A stretch of 64,000 bases of DNA from assembly GCA_033551855.1 (NCBI GenBank), contig JAWSUI010000003.1, positions 64,001-128,000 on the forward strand, in the 5' to 3' direction. Source of the DNA: Deferrisomatales bacterium (GTDB lineage Bacteria; Desulfobacterota; Deferrisomatia; Deferrisomatales; JACRMM01). Position numbers and translations under genes: made by a program. Every line of letters begins with the position of its first letter. The stretch's first letter is position 1. Under the pieces are notes generated by a model. It made no database searches. It had not been told where the DNA came from and saw nothing but the letters and a program-made list of their open reading frames with translations. Shown piece by piece: positions 48,292 through 59,554 of the stretch.

Positions 48292-49986
48292 ATGTCGAAG
48301 AAGCTCGGAGAACTTCTCGTCCGAGAGAACCGCCTGACGGCCGTGGACCTCCAGAAGGCCAAGGACGACCAGCGCAAGAACGGCGGGCGCCTGGGCGAGG
48401 CGCTGGTGCGCCTCGGGCTCTTGAAGGAGCAGGAGCTCGTCGGCATCCACTCCAAGCAGTACGGCATCCCGGCCGTGAACCTCGAGAGCTTCGACATCGA
48501 CCCCGACGTGTCCCGCCTCCTGCCGGAGGACCTGGTCCAGAAGTACCGGGTCATGCCCATCAACCGGGTGGGCTCCACCCTCATCGTCGCGGTCGAGGAC
48601 CCCTCGAACATGTTCGCCGTGGACGACATCAAGTTCATCACGGGCTACAACGTGGAGGTGGTGGTGGCGGCCCCTTCGTCCATCAAGGCCGCCATCGACA
48701 AGCACTACGATTCCTCCGCCACCCTGCTGGACGTGATGAGCAACTTCGACCTCGCCGACCTCGAGGTGGTCCACGGGGCCGACGACGTGAGCGTGGCCGA
48801 CCTCGAGCGGGCGGTGGACGAAGCGCCCGTGGTGAAGCTCGTCAACCTCATCCTCTCCGACGCCATCAAGAAGGGCGCGAGCGACATCCACATCGAGCCC
48901 TACGAGAAGAGCTTTCGCGTCCGCTTCCGCATCGACGGCATGCTCTACGAAGAGATGAAGCCGCCGATGAAGCTCAAGAACGCGATCACCAGCCGCATCA
49001 AGATCATGGCGAGCCTCGACATCGCCGAGCGCCGGCTTCCCCAGGACGGCCGCATCAAGCTCAAGGTCAGCAAGGACAAGGACATGGACTTCCGCGTCTC
49101 GGTGCTGCCGACGCTCTTCGGAGAGAAGATCGTGCTGCGGCTCCTGGACAAGTCGACCCTGCAGCTCGACATGACCAAGCTGGGGTTCGAGCCCGAGGCG
49201 CTGAAGGACTTCAAGGAGGCCATCCACAAGCCCTACGGGATGGTGCTCGTCACCGGCCCCACGGGCTCGGGAAAGACCACCACCCTGTACTCGGCGCTCT
49301 CCGAGCTCAACACCATGGACACGAACATCTCCACCGCGGAGGACCCGGTGGAGTTCAACCTCATGGGCATCAACCAGGTGCAGATGCACGAAGAGATCGG
49401 GCTGAACTTCGCGGCCTCGCTCCGGAGCTTCCTGCGCCAGGACCCGGACATCATCATGGTGGGCGAGATCCGGGACTTCGAGACCGCGGAGATCGCGATC
49501 AAGGCGGCCCTGACTGGACACCTGGTCCTCTCGACCCTGCACACCAACGACGCCCCGAGCACGGTGAACCGCCTGCTCAACATGGGGGTGGAGCCCTTCC
49601 TGGTGGCCTCCTCCACCAACCTCATCCTGGCCCAGCGCCTGGCCCGGAAGATCTGCCCCAACTGCAAGGAGCAGCTCGACCTCCCCGCCCACGCCCTCAT
49701 CGACATCGGCGTTCCGGCCGATGAGGTGGGCACGTTCGCCTGCTACAAGGGCAACGGGTGCGCCGAGTGCAGCGACACCGGGTACCGGGGCCGGGTGGCC
49801 CTCTACGAGGTCATGCCCATCGGCGACGAGATCAAGGAGCTGGTCCTCAACGGGGCCTCCGCGATCGAGCTCAAGGAGGCCGCGGTCCGCAACGGCATGA
49901 AGACGCTGCGGATGAGCGGGATCACGAAGCTCAAGGAAGGGGTCACCACGGTGGACGAGGTGGTCCGCTGCAGCGTTCGGGACTGA
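48292..49986 (+). CDS. pilB: Type IV-A pilus assembly ATPase
   Basis: KLGELLV N-terminus, ASDIHIEP, AERRLPQDG, GPTGSGKTT, LRQDPD, CxxC..CxxC. Confidence 0.96.
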   Translation: MSKKLGELLVRENRLTAVDLQKAKDDQRKNGGRLGEALVRLGLLKEQELVGIHSKQYGIPAVNLESFDIDPDVSRLLPEDLVQKYRVMPINRVGSTLIVAVEDPSNMFAVDDIKFITGYNVEVVVAAPSSIKAAIDKHYDSSATLLDVMSNFDLADLEVVHGADDVSVADLERAVDEAPVVKLVNLILSDAIKKGASDIHIEPYEKSFRVRFRIDGMLYEEMKPPMKLKNAITSRIKIMASLDIAERRLPQDGRIKLKVSKDKDMDFRVSVLPTLFGEKIVLRLLDKSTLQLDMTKLGFEPEALKDFKEAIHKPYGMVLVTGPTGSGKTTTLYSALSELNTMDTNISTAEDPVEFNLMGINQVQMHEEIGLNFAASLRSFLRQDPDIIMVGEIRDFETAEIAIKAALTGHLVLSTLHTNDAPSTVNRLLNMGVEPFLVASSTNLILAQRLARKICPNCKEQLDLPAHALIDIGVPADEVGTFACYKGNGCAECSDTGYRGRVALYEVMPIGDEIKELVLNGASAIELKEAAVRNGMKTLRMSGITKLKEGVTTVDEVVRCSVRD

Positions 49987-50071
49987 CCACGCGCCGGGGC
50001 AGGGCGCCCGGCGGCGGGGCGGCCCCCACGGAGCCCCCGAGGGGCGCCGCCCGCAAAGAGGGGAGAGAGCC

Positions 50072-51181
50072 TTGATCAGCCTGCACCAGCTCCTGAAGAC
50101 CATGATCGAGCAGGGGGCGTCGGACCTGCACGTCACCACCGGCACGCCGCCCCAGATCCGCGTGGACGGGCGCCTGGTGCCCCTGGATCTGCCGGCCCTG
50201 GCGCCGGCCGACTCCAAGCGGCTGTGCTACTCGGTGCTCACCGATGCGCAGAAGCACCGGTTCGAGGAGGAGAGCGAGCTCGACCTCTCCTTCGGGGTAA
50301 AGGACCTCTCCCGGTTCCGCGCCAACATCTTCATGCAGCGCGGCGCCGTGGCCGCGGCCTTTCGGGCGATCCCGTACAAGATCCTCTCCTTCGAGGAGCT
50401 CGGGCTGCCCCCCGTGGCGCAGCACCTCGCCAACAAGCCCCGCGGGCTCGTGCTCGTCACCGGCCCCACGGGCTCGGGAAAATCCACCACGCTGGCCGCG
50501 ATCATCGACAAGATCAACTCCGAGCGCCACGAGCACATCGTCACCGTCGAGGACCCCATCGAGTACCTTCACACGCACAAGAAGGCGCTCGTCAACCAGC
50601 GGGAGGTCAAGGCCGACACCGAGAGCTTCAAGAAGGCCCTCAAGTACATCCTGCGCCAGGACCCCGACGTGGTCCTGATCGGCGAGATGCGCGACCTCGA
50701 GACCATCGAGGCCGCCCTCACGGTGGCCGAGACCGGGCACCTGGCCTTCGCGACCCTCCACACGAACTCGGCGGCCCAGACGATGAACCGGATCATCGAC
50801 GTGTTCCCGGCCCACCAGCAGTCCCAGATCCGGGCCCAGCTCTCCTTCGTCCTGGAGGGGATCCTGTCCCAGCAGCTCATCCCGCGGATGAGCGGCAGGG
50901 GCCGGGCCCTGGCCATCGAGGTGCTGGTTCCGAACCCGGCGATCCGAAACCTGATCCGGGAGGACAAGATCCACCAGATCTACTCCCAGATGCAGGTCGG
51001 CCAGGACAAGTTCAGCATGCAGACCATGAACCAGTCCCTGTATCACCTCCTCTCAAGGAAGGCGATCAGCCTGGACGACGCCATGGCCCGAAGCTCCGAC
51101 CCCGAGGAGCTGCGCCAGATGATCGCCAAGGGGACCCCCGACTCGCTCCAAGGCCGCCGCCTGAGCGCCCGGGCGATGTGA
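50072..51181 (+). CDS. pilT: Type IV pilus retraction ATPase
   Basis: ASDLH, GPTGSGKSTT, EDPIE, LRQDPD, AIRNLIRE. Confidence 0.96.
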   Translation: MISLHQLLKTMIEQGASDLHVTTGTPPQIRVDGRLVPLDLPALAPADSKRLCYSVLTDAQKHRFEEESELDLSFGVKDLSRFRANIFMQRGAVAAAFRAIPYKILSFEELGLPPVAQHLANKPRGLVLVTGPTGSGKSTTLAAIIDKINSERHEHIVTVEDPIEYLHTHKKALVNQREVKADTESFKKALKYILRQDPDVVLIGEMRDLETIEAALTVAETGHLAFATLHTNSAAQTMNRIIDVFPAHQQSQIRAQLSFVLEGILSQQLIPRMSGRGRALAIEVLVPNPAIRNLIREDKIHQIYSQMQVGQDKFSMQTMNQSLYHLLSRKAISLDDAMARSSDPEELRQMIAKGTPDSLQGRRLSARAM

Positions 51182-51261
51182 GGCGGACCCGACGGCGGGG
51201 AGCCGGGAAGGCGCCGGGGCTCGGCCCGCCGCCCACCGTGGACAGACAGACGAGGTAGCCC

Positions 51262-52470
51262 ATGCCGGTGTACAAGTGGGAAGGCCGCACGCGGGACGGG
51301 ACCGTGAAGAAGGGCACCCTGGAGGCCGCCAGCGAGGCGGCCGTCTCGGCCAACCTCCGGTCGCAGAAGCTCGCGCCCACGAAGATCAAGAAGAGCCTCG
51401 GGGCCACCGAGATCAAGATCCCGGGCCTCAAGCCCAAGGTGACGACCAAGGACATCGTGGTCTTCACCCGGCAGTTCGCCACCATGATCGACGCGGGGCT
51501 CCCCCTGGTCCAGTGCCTCGAGATCCTGGCCAGCCAACAGGAGAACTCGACCTTCAAGGAGGTGATCCTGAAGGTCAAGGAGGACGTGGAGTCCGGGCAC
51601 ACCTTCGCCGACGCCCTCTCCAAGCACCCCAGGATCTTCGACCGCCTGTACGCGAACCTCGTCCACGCCGGCGAGGTGGGCGGCATCCTGGACACGATCC
51701 TCAACCGGCTCGCGGCCTACATCGAGAAGGCCATGAACCTGCGGAAGAAGGTCAAGGGGGCCATGGTCTACCCCGCCACGGTGGTGGGCGTGGCCGTCAT
51801 CGTGGTGGCCATCATCCTGATCTTCGTCATCCCCGTGTTCCAGCAAATGTTCGGGAGCATGGGCAAGGCGCTCCCCGCCCCGACGCTCTTCGTCATCGCG
51901 CTGTCGGAGTTTATCAAGAGCTACATCCTCTTCATCGTCATCTCGCTCTTCGTCCTCGGCTTCGCGTTCCGCCGGGTGTACCGGACCGAAAAGGGCATGC
52001 TCTTCTTCGACAGGCTGTTCCTGCGCCTGCCCATCTTCGGCCCCCTCATCCGGAAGGTGGCCGTGGCCAAGTTCACCCGGACCCTGGGGACCCTGGTGTC
52101 CTCCGGCGTCCCGATCCTCGAGGGGCTCGACGTGGTGGCCAAGACCGCCGGCAACCGGGTGATGGAGCTGGCCATCCTCAAGACCAAGGAGTCGATCAGC
52201 GAGGGCCGCACCATCGCCGAGCCCCTCAAGGAGACCCGGGTCTTCCCCCCCATGGTGGTGCAGATGATCGCCGTCGGCGAGGCCACCGGGGCCCTGGACC
52301 AGATGCTCTCGAAGATCGCCGACTTCTACGACACCGAGGTGGACGAGGCCGTGACTGCGCTCACCGCGGCCATCGAACCCCTGCTCATGGTGTTCCTGGG
52401 AGGGGCCATCGGCGGGATCATCGTGGCCATGTACCTGCCCGTGTTCCAGCTGGCGGGCACCGTGGGATGA
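51262..52470 (+). CDS. pilC: Type IV pilus inner-membrane platform protein
   Basis: FTRQFATMIDAGLPL, AGEVGGILD, AMVYP, VGEATGALD, AMYLPVF. Confidence 0.95.
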   Translation: MPVYKWEGRTRDGTVKKGTLEAASEAAVSANLRSQKLAPTKIKKSLGATEIKIPGLKPKVTTKDIVVFTRQFATMIDAGLPLVQCLEILASQQENSTFKEVILKVKEDVESGHTFADALSKHPRIFDRLYANLVHAGEVGGILDTILNRLAAYIEKAMNLRKKVKGAMVYPATVVGVAVIVVAIILIFVIPVFQQMFGSMGKALPAPTLFVIALSEFIKSYILFIVISLFVLGFAFRRVYRTEKGMLFFDRLFLRLPIFGPLIRKVAVAKFTRTLGTLVSSGVPILEGLDVVAKTAGNRVMELAILKTKESISEGRTIAEPLKETRVFPPMVVQMIAVGEATGALDQMLSKIADFYDTEVDEAVTALTAAIEPLLMVFLGGAIGGIIVAMYLPVFQLAGTVG

Positions 52471-52501
52471 CCCGGAGGCGCCCCAGCCGCCCCGCGTCCC
52501 G

Positions 52502-54124
52502 ATGGGTCTCGTGACCGACATCTCCCGAGGCCGGATGCATGGGTACCTGGTCGGCCGGTCGGTGGTCCTCCTGGCGCTCCTGGTGCTGGCAGGGGCGTTC
52601 CAGGCCCGCCAGGGGGGCTTCCCGGTCCCGCTCGTCTGGTTCTTCGCGTGTACCGGGGCCTCGTTCCTCTTCACGCTGGCCTCCGTGGCGGCCCTGCGGC
52701 GCGGCGCCTGGCAGCGCCTGTCGCCGTACCTCCAGCCCGCCTGGGACGTGGCCTACGCCACCGCGCTGGTCTACCTCTCGGGCGGCGCGTTCTCACCCTT
52801 CGCGATGCTCTACCCCCTGGCCATCCTGGGGGGCGCGATCTTGCTCCTGCGCCGGGGCGCCCTGGCGGTGGCCACGGCGTCGGCCCTGGCCTACGGCCTC
52901 CTGGTGGACCTGCAGTTCTACGGCGTCATCCAGCCCCTCAGCCCGCTCCCGCTGCCGGCCCTGGAAGGGGGGCGGCTCCTCCTTCAGCTCCTCTTCAACA
53001 TCCTGGCGTTCTACGCAGTCGCGCTGCTCTCCGGATACCTGGCGGAGGAGCTCCACCGGGCCGGCGTCCAGCTCGAGGAGGCCCAGGCCGAGGTCCTGGA
53101 CCTCGAGCGCCTGCGGGACTCCATCCTCCAGGGCCTCGGGTCGGGCCTGGTCGCCCTGGACCGCCGCAGCCGCCGGCTCTTCCACAACCGGGCGGCGGAG
53201 GAGCTCCTGGGGCGGGCCGGCGTGTCCCTCGGCCCGGACACCGAATTCTCCCGGCTCTTCCCCCCCGGGGCGGGCGGGCGGTCCGAGGCGAGGTTCCTGG
53301 GTGGCTCGGTGGTCCTGGGCTACAGCCACTCCCCCCTGTCGGACAGGGGTGGCCGACGGGTCGGCAGCATCCTCATCTTTCAGGACCTCACCCAGGTGAA
53401 GCAGCTCGAGGAAGGCCTGCGGCGGGCGGACCGCCTGGCCGCGGTGGGGCGGCTGGCGGCGGGGCTCGCCCACGAGATCCGAAACCCCCTGGCGAGCCTC
53501 TCCGGCTCCGTGGAGGTCTTGCGCCAGGGCTCCCGGACCGACGCGGAGGACGCCCACCTGCTCGAGATCGTGCTCCGGGAGACCGAGCGCCTCAACCGCC
53601 TGGTGACGAACTTCCTTCACTACGCCCGGCCCGGGAGTGCGGAACCCACCCCCTTCCCCCTGCGGGAGCTCGTCGCCGACATCGGCTTCTTCTTCTCCCA
53701 GGGGGAGGGCCGCACGGGCTTCGTGCTGGAGAACGCGGTTCCCGAGGGTCTGTGTCTGGTGGCCGACCGGAGCCAGGTGGAGCAGGTGCTCCTGAACCTC
53801 TTCCGGAACAGCGTCGAGGCGGCACCGGGGGGGGTCACCGTCCGGGTGGGGGCGGCCGAGATCGACGGCGGGGCCGAGGTCACCGTGCGGGACGACGGTC
53901 CGGGGATCCCCCCGGACGTCGCGGCGCGGGCTTTCGAGCCCTTCTTCTCGGGCAGGGAGGGGGGCACCGGGCTGGGGCTCGCCACCGTGCACCGGATCAT
54001 GGAGAATCACGGGGGAGCCGTCAGCCTGGGGCCCGGCCCCGCCGGAGGTTCTGCTCTCCGCCTCCGGTTCCCGTCGAGCCGCCCGGTGACGCCCCCGATG
54101 TCAGGGACGGCTTCCCCTGCGTGA
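52502..54124 (+). CDS. pilS: Membrane sensor histidine kinase PilS
   Basis: About six N-terminal TM segments with SGG..SPF motif, PAS, AHEIRNPL; position between pilC and pilR. Confidence 0.85.
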   Translation: MGLVTDISRGRMHGYLVGRSVVLLALLVLAGAFQARQGGFPVPLVWFFACTGASFLFTLASVAALRRGAWQRLSPYLQPAWDVAYATALVYLSGGAFSPFAMLYPLAILGGAILLLRRGALAVATASALAYGLLVDLQFYGVIQPLSPLPLPALEGGRLLLQLLFNILAFYAVALLSGYLAEELHRAGVQLEEAQAEVLDLERLRDSILQGLGSGLVALDRRSRRLFHNRAAEELLGRAGVSLGPDTEFSRLFPPGAGGRSEARFLGGSVVLGYSHSPLSDRGGRRVGSILIFQDLTQVKQLEEGLRRADRLAAVGRLAAGLAHEIRNPLASLSGSVEVLRQGSRTDAEDAHLLEIVLRETERLNRLVTNFLHYARPGSAEPTPFPLRELVADIGFFFSQGEGRTGFVLENAVPEGLCLVADRSQVEQVLLNLFRNSVEAAPGGVTVRVGAAEIDGGAEVTVRDDGPGIPPDVAARAFEPFFSGREGGTGLGLATVHRIMENHGGAVSLGPGPAGGSALRLRFPSSRPVTPPMSGTASPA

Positions 54125-54191
54125 GGACAGGTCCCGCCCCCCGGGGGGGTGGGCCCTGCCAGCCCGGCACAGCCGAGCAGAGTCGAAGGAC

Positions 54192-55571
<1,380 letters not shown>

Positions 55572-55587
55572 GCTGGGAGCGACCCCC

Positions 55588-56358
55588 ATGACCAAGACCC
55601 GCGCCTTCCTCGTGCACCTCGCCCTCAGCGCCGCCGTCGCGGCGGCCGCGCTGGCGGTCTTCATCCGTTTCTGGTACCCGCTGCCCTTCTTCCTCGCCGA
55701 CGGCGGGTGGCAGGGGCTGCGCCTGGTCGTCGCCGTGGACGTGGTGCTGGGGCCCCTCCTCACCCTCGTCGTCTATCGGGCCACCAAGACGCGCCGCGCC
55801 TTGACCTTCGACTACGCCTGCATCGGCGCGGTCCAGGTCCTGGCCCTCGCCTTGGGCCTCTGGACGGTCCACGGCCAGCGCACCGCCCTCGTGGCCTTCT
55901 CCGACGGACGGTTCTACACCGTGGACGCGGCGACGGCGGAATCCCTCGGCCCGCAGGCCCACGCCCTGCTCGGAGCGGCACGCCGTGGGCCGGTCTACGC
56001 GGCGGTCCGGATGCCCGAGTCCGAAGAAGAGCGCCAGACACTGAGGCGGGAAACTCTGCAATCCGGTCGCCCGTTGCATCTTCGCGCGGACCTGCTCACC
56101 CCCCTCGGGCCGGCAGCCCTGGCTTCGATCGCCTCCGAGGACGCCTGGGACCCCTCGGAGGAAGAGGCCACGGCCGCGCGCAAATTGATGTCGCGCCGAA
56201 CCCGGACCGGCGACGAAGCCGTCATCGTCCCAGCTACCTGCCGCTACCGAAACGTCGCTCTGGCCTTCGACCCCTCTTCCGCCGACTTGCTGGACTGGGT
56301 CCTCCTGCCTGTGGGGCCCCGCTCTCGGACGATCCGGGTCTCGACCATTTCACGATGA
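55588..56358 (+). CDS. TfpX/TfpZ (FimB)-like type IV pilin accessory protein
   Basis: AF..HL..S, WYP.PF...GG..GL.LV..VDVVLGPLLTLVVY, D...I..VQ..AL..GL signature; directly after pilR. Confidence 0.75.
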   Translation: MTKTRAFLVHLALSAAVAAAALAVFIRFWYPLPFFLADGGWQGLRLVVAVDVVLGPLLTLVVYRATKTRRALTFDYACIGAVQVLALALGLWTVHGQRTALVAFSDGRFYTVDAATAESLGPQAHALLGAARRGPVYAAVRMPESEEERQTLRRETLQSGRPLHLRADLLTPLGPAALASIASEDAWDPSEEEATAARKLMSRRTRTGDEAVIVPATCRYRNVALAFDPSSADLLDWVLLPVGPRSRTIRVSTISR

Positions 56359-56425
56359 AATTTCTTCGGGAAGCCGTCCCCGGGATTCCCTCGGTCCCCC
56401 TGTGTTCCTGGAAGGCAGACCTCGT

Positions 56426-58309
56426 ATGATCCCCCAATACAAGGCCTGCCGAGCGATATGGATAGCTCCCCTCACGTTTGCGGGTCTGCTTGCTTTGCTC
56501 TGGGGCCTCTACTCGGTTGCTTTCGGCGCCCCATTCTACTTCGACACGGTTGTGCATCTGGTCGGTCGCACCAACATGCAGATGGTCGCCCTCTCGCCCC
56601 AGGCCCTCTGGGACGCCGTCCATTGGGATTTCGGGGGCCGGATCGATCGCCCCGTCTCGCGTCTTACCTTCGCGCTCACCCACTATTTTTGGGGCCTGTC
56701 ACCTCACCCCTACCGCATGGGGAACGTGGTAATCCACGCCTTGTCCGCCATGGCTCTCTTCTTTCTGACTCTCTCCGTACTGAGAGCTCCGCGGGTGGCA
56801 AGAACAAGTCCCAGCCTCACACGACGGGCCGGTTTGGTGGCGGCCTGCGCCGCCCTGCTCTGGGTCTTTCACCCGATCCAGACCAACGCGGTAACCTATG
56901 TAGTGCAACGGATGTCGTCCCTTTCCGGCCTCTTCACGTTTCTCTGCGTGGGTTCCTACCTGCAGGCCCGCATGACCCGGGGGTCCCCACGCCGGCTCTG
57001 GGGTCTGCTCTGCCTGGGGACATTTCTTCTCGGTGTGGGCTCAAAGGAGACAGGCCTGCTCGCACTGCCCCTGGCCGTGGTCGCAGAGTTCCTGCTCCTC
57101 GATCGCCCCGTTGGATTCCCCTCTCGAAGGCTCGCCTCAAGCCTCGCGGCGACGGCGGGTGCGTCGCTGGCGGCGCTCTTGGTCCTGCAGCCCGCAGCCA
57201 TGAGCAGTGTCATGACCTACCGCCATCGGTCTTTCGACATGGCGGAGCGCCTGTGGACCCAGGCCCGGCTACAGTTCGACTATCTGGAGGTGCTTCTCGC
57301 GCCTCTTCCGGCGCACCTCCGCTTCGTCTATGAACCCGGGATTTCCAGGGGTTGGCTCGACCCTCCGTCGACCCTGGTCGCGCTGCTCGTCTTGGCGGTG
57401 GCCGTGGCCTTGGCGGTGTCCCAGGCGAAACGACGCCCTCTTTTTTCCTTCTGCGTCCTCTGGTTCCTGCTGGCGCAAACGATGGAAGCGACGATCCTGC
57501 CGCTGGAGCTCTATTTCGAGCATCGGATGTACGTGCCCTCGGCAGCTCTTGCCGTGGGCGTTTCGGCAGTCGTCTGGACTCTCGTCTCGTCCCTCCCTCC
57601 GCGTCGCGCCGCCGCCTGTTCCCTCGCTCTGGTCGGCCTGCTCACGGCCGGAGAAGCCTGGGCGACTCTGCAGCGCAACCGCACGTGGGCGGACCCGGTC
57701 GGCTTTTGGACCGACGCCCTCGCCAAACAACCGGATTCCGCCCGCGTGCTGTCGTATCTGGGCCACGAGTTCACCGTGAGAGGACGCTATTGGGAGGCCG
57801 AGGAGGCCTATGGGCGCGCACTCGCTTTGCAGCCTGCCAAGTCACACATCTACGAACTGGGCCTGGCACGGGTGGCCTATGCCCAGGGGAAAAGGGAGGA
57901 GGCGCGACGGTACCTGCTGAGTTCGTGGGGCGATCTGAAAAGGACCAACGGGGAAGCGGCCCGGCAACTTGGAATGATGGCACTTCAGGAGAGGAACCTC
58001 TCGGAGGCCGAGAACTACCTCGGCGAGGCCTTGCGGTATGCGCCCACCGACGGGGAAGCCTGGCGGCTGCTCGGGGTTGCCCGACTCCTGAACGAAGACG
58101 CCGCAGGTGCCGAAGCGGCACTAGGAAAAGCGCTGCGGTTCCGCCCCCAGGACGCAGAGTCGTGGAACACCCTGGGCGCCATCGCGTTTCGGGGACAGCG
58201 GTACCGGGAAGCCGAAGCAAATTTCCGAACCGCGCTGCGCTTCTCCCCGGGCAATGCGAACTATACGGGGAACTTGGCCCGGGCAGTCCAAGCGCAGAGC
58301 AGCCCATGA
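56426..58309 (+). CDS. GT-C membrane glycosyltransferase with C-terminal TPRs (TfpW/TMTC-like)
   Basis: Multi-TM N-terminus with RP, N..IH, HPIQTNAVTYVVQR, SKE, EHRMY.PS, RN..W motifs, then TPR repeats. Confidence 0.75.
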   Translation: MIPQYKACRAIWIAPLTFAGLLALLWGLYSVAFGAPFYFDTVVHLVGRTNMQMVALSPQALWDAVHWDFGGRIDRPVSRLTFALTHYFWGLSPHPYRMGNVVIHALSAMALFFLTLSVLRAPRVARTSPSLTRRAGLVAACAALLWVFHPIQTNAVTYVVQRMSSLSGLFTFLCVGSYLQARMTRGSPRRLWGLLCLGTFLLGVGSKETGLLALPLAVVAEFLLLDRPVGFPSRRLASSLAATAGASLAALLVLQPAAMSSVMTYRHRSFDMAERLWTQARLQFDYLEVLLAPLPAHLRFVYEPGISRGWLDPPSTLVALLVLAVAVALAVSQAKRRPLFSFCVLWFLLAQTMEATILPLELYFEHRMYVPSAALAVGVSAVVWTLVSSLPPRRAAACSLALVGLLTAGEAWATLQRNRTWADPVGFWTDALAKQPDSARVLSYLGHEFTVRGRYWEAEEAYGRALALQPAKSHIYELGLARVAYAQGKREEARRYLLSSWGDLKRTNGEAARQLGMMALQERNLSEAENYLGEALRYAPTDGEAWRLLGVARLLNEDAAGAEAALGKALRFRPQDAESWNTLGAIAFRGQRYREAEANFRTALRFSPGNANYTGNLARAVQAQSSP

Positions 58310-58351
58310 GGACGCCGGCGCCTCTCCCCAAGCGAGCACCCAAGGTAGGAG

Positions 58352-59554
58352 TCAACGGCTCGCGCGGGTTGACCGGCCCGCACGGATGGCTTGCAGCGCC
58401 TGCTCCCCGATCCGTCGTTCTGAGAAATCCTCCCCTCCCGTTCGGTAAGCGCCCTGAGCCAAGGCCGTCCGGAGTTGGGGTTGGTCCCTGAGTTTGAGGA
58501 TGGCCCGGGCAAGGGCCTCGGGATCGGCGGGGGGTACCAGACAGGCGTTCTCTCCTTGCCGGAACGCCTCCCGAATTGCCGGGGTGTCGGAGGTAATGAC
58601 CGGGAGTCCGGCCGCGCACAAGTCGAAGACCTTGATCGGGATCACGCGGGATGCCTTCTCCGTGTCCCCGAAGATCCCGAGCCCTATGTCGTGGTTCCGA
58701 TACAGATCCCTCAGTTCTCCCGCATCCACCCACTCCCGGAGGCGCACGTTGCCGAGGTCCCACTCCCGACACCGCGCCTCCAGTCGTTTCCCGAGCTGAC
58801 CAGACCCAACAACGAGGGCGAATCGAACTTCTGCCACTCCGCGCAGCCGTCTGGCGGCGTCCAGGATCACTTCGATCCCGTGGAGGGGAATGTACGTGCC
58901 TACGAACACCACCCGGAGATCGTTCCTAGCGGTTGCGGCGACGACCGGATCGCGGGCAGGGGGAAACGTGGGGCCGACCCAGACGGGGAAGATCTTCTCT
59001 CGGGGTAGCCGGCACGTCGACGCGAGGTGGTTCGCGTGGGTCGCGGTATCGATGACGAGCGCGTCCGGCGCCCCACAGGCGCGGCGTTCCCAGAAGCGCA
59101 GCAGGCGCGCCGGAAGCCCCGTCTCGGAGAGCAGACGCCGATCGTGCACCAGGGTGTCGTAGAGGGGAGCGAAGACGTCGAGCACCAGCGCAGCCCCGGG
59201 CTGGAAGCGGTCTCGGAGCAGGCGAGCCAGATGCACGTGGAAGATGCCCGGGTAGCCGACGAGCACCGCGTCCACGGCGTCTCTGCGGGGAAAGCGCCGG
59301 GCAAGCCGTGGATAGGTCAGCAAGAGTCCAGCTCCGAAACGCAGTGCACCCCCAGCCCCTGTGACGGTTTGCAGCCGCTGGCCGAACCGCTCGGCGAGTG
59401 TTTCGTGGCACTCGAGCACCTCGACGCCGCGCTCCCGAAGGCCAGCGAGCAGATTGAGATGGCGGGGATACTCCGGCCGCTTCGAGTAAACGCCGAAGCT
59501 CAGGACCCGCTGGACGCCATGGTTTCTGTGGCTACCCGCTTGCGGCATGTTCAC
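58352..59554 (-). CDS. Glycosyltransferase family 4
   Basis: YPR..LL.GL, FVGTYIPLHGIE, LGIFG..EKASRVIPIKVFD, GLPVITSDT; GTG start overlaps upstream stop. Confidence 0.85.
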   Translation of the reverse strand: MNMPQAGSHRNHGVQRVLSFGVYSKRPEYPRHLNLLAGLRERGVEVLECHETLAERFGQRLQTVTGAGGALRFGAGLLLTYPRLARRFPRRDAVDAVLVGYPGIFHVHLARLLRDRFQPGAALVLDVFAPLYDTLVHDRRLLSETGLPARLLRFWERRACGAPDALVIDTATHANHLASTCRLPREKIFPVWVGPTFPPARDPVVAATARNDLRVVFVGTYIPLHGIEVILDAARRLRGVAEVRFALVVGSGQLGKRLEARCREWDLGNVRLREWVDAGELRDLYRNHDIGLGIFGDTEKASRVIPIKVFDLCAAGLPVITSDTPAIREAFRQGENACLVPPADPEALARAILKLRDQPQLRTALAQGAYRTGGEDFSERRIGEQALQAIRAGRSTRASR

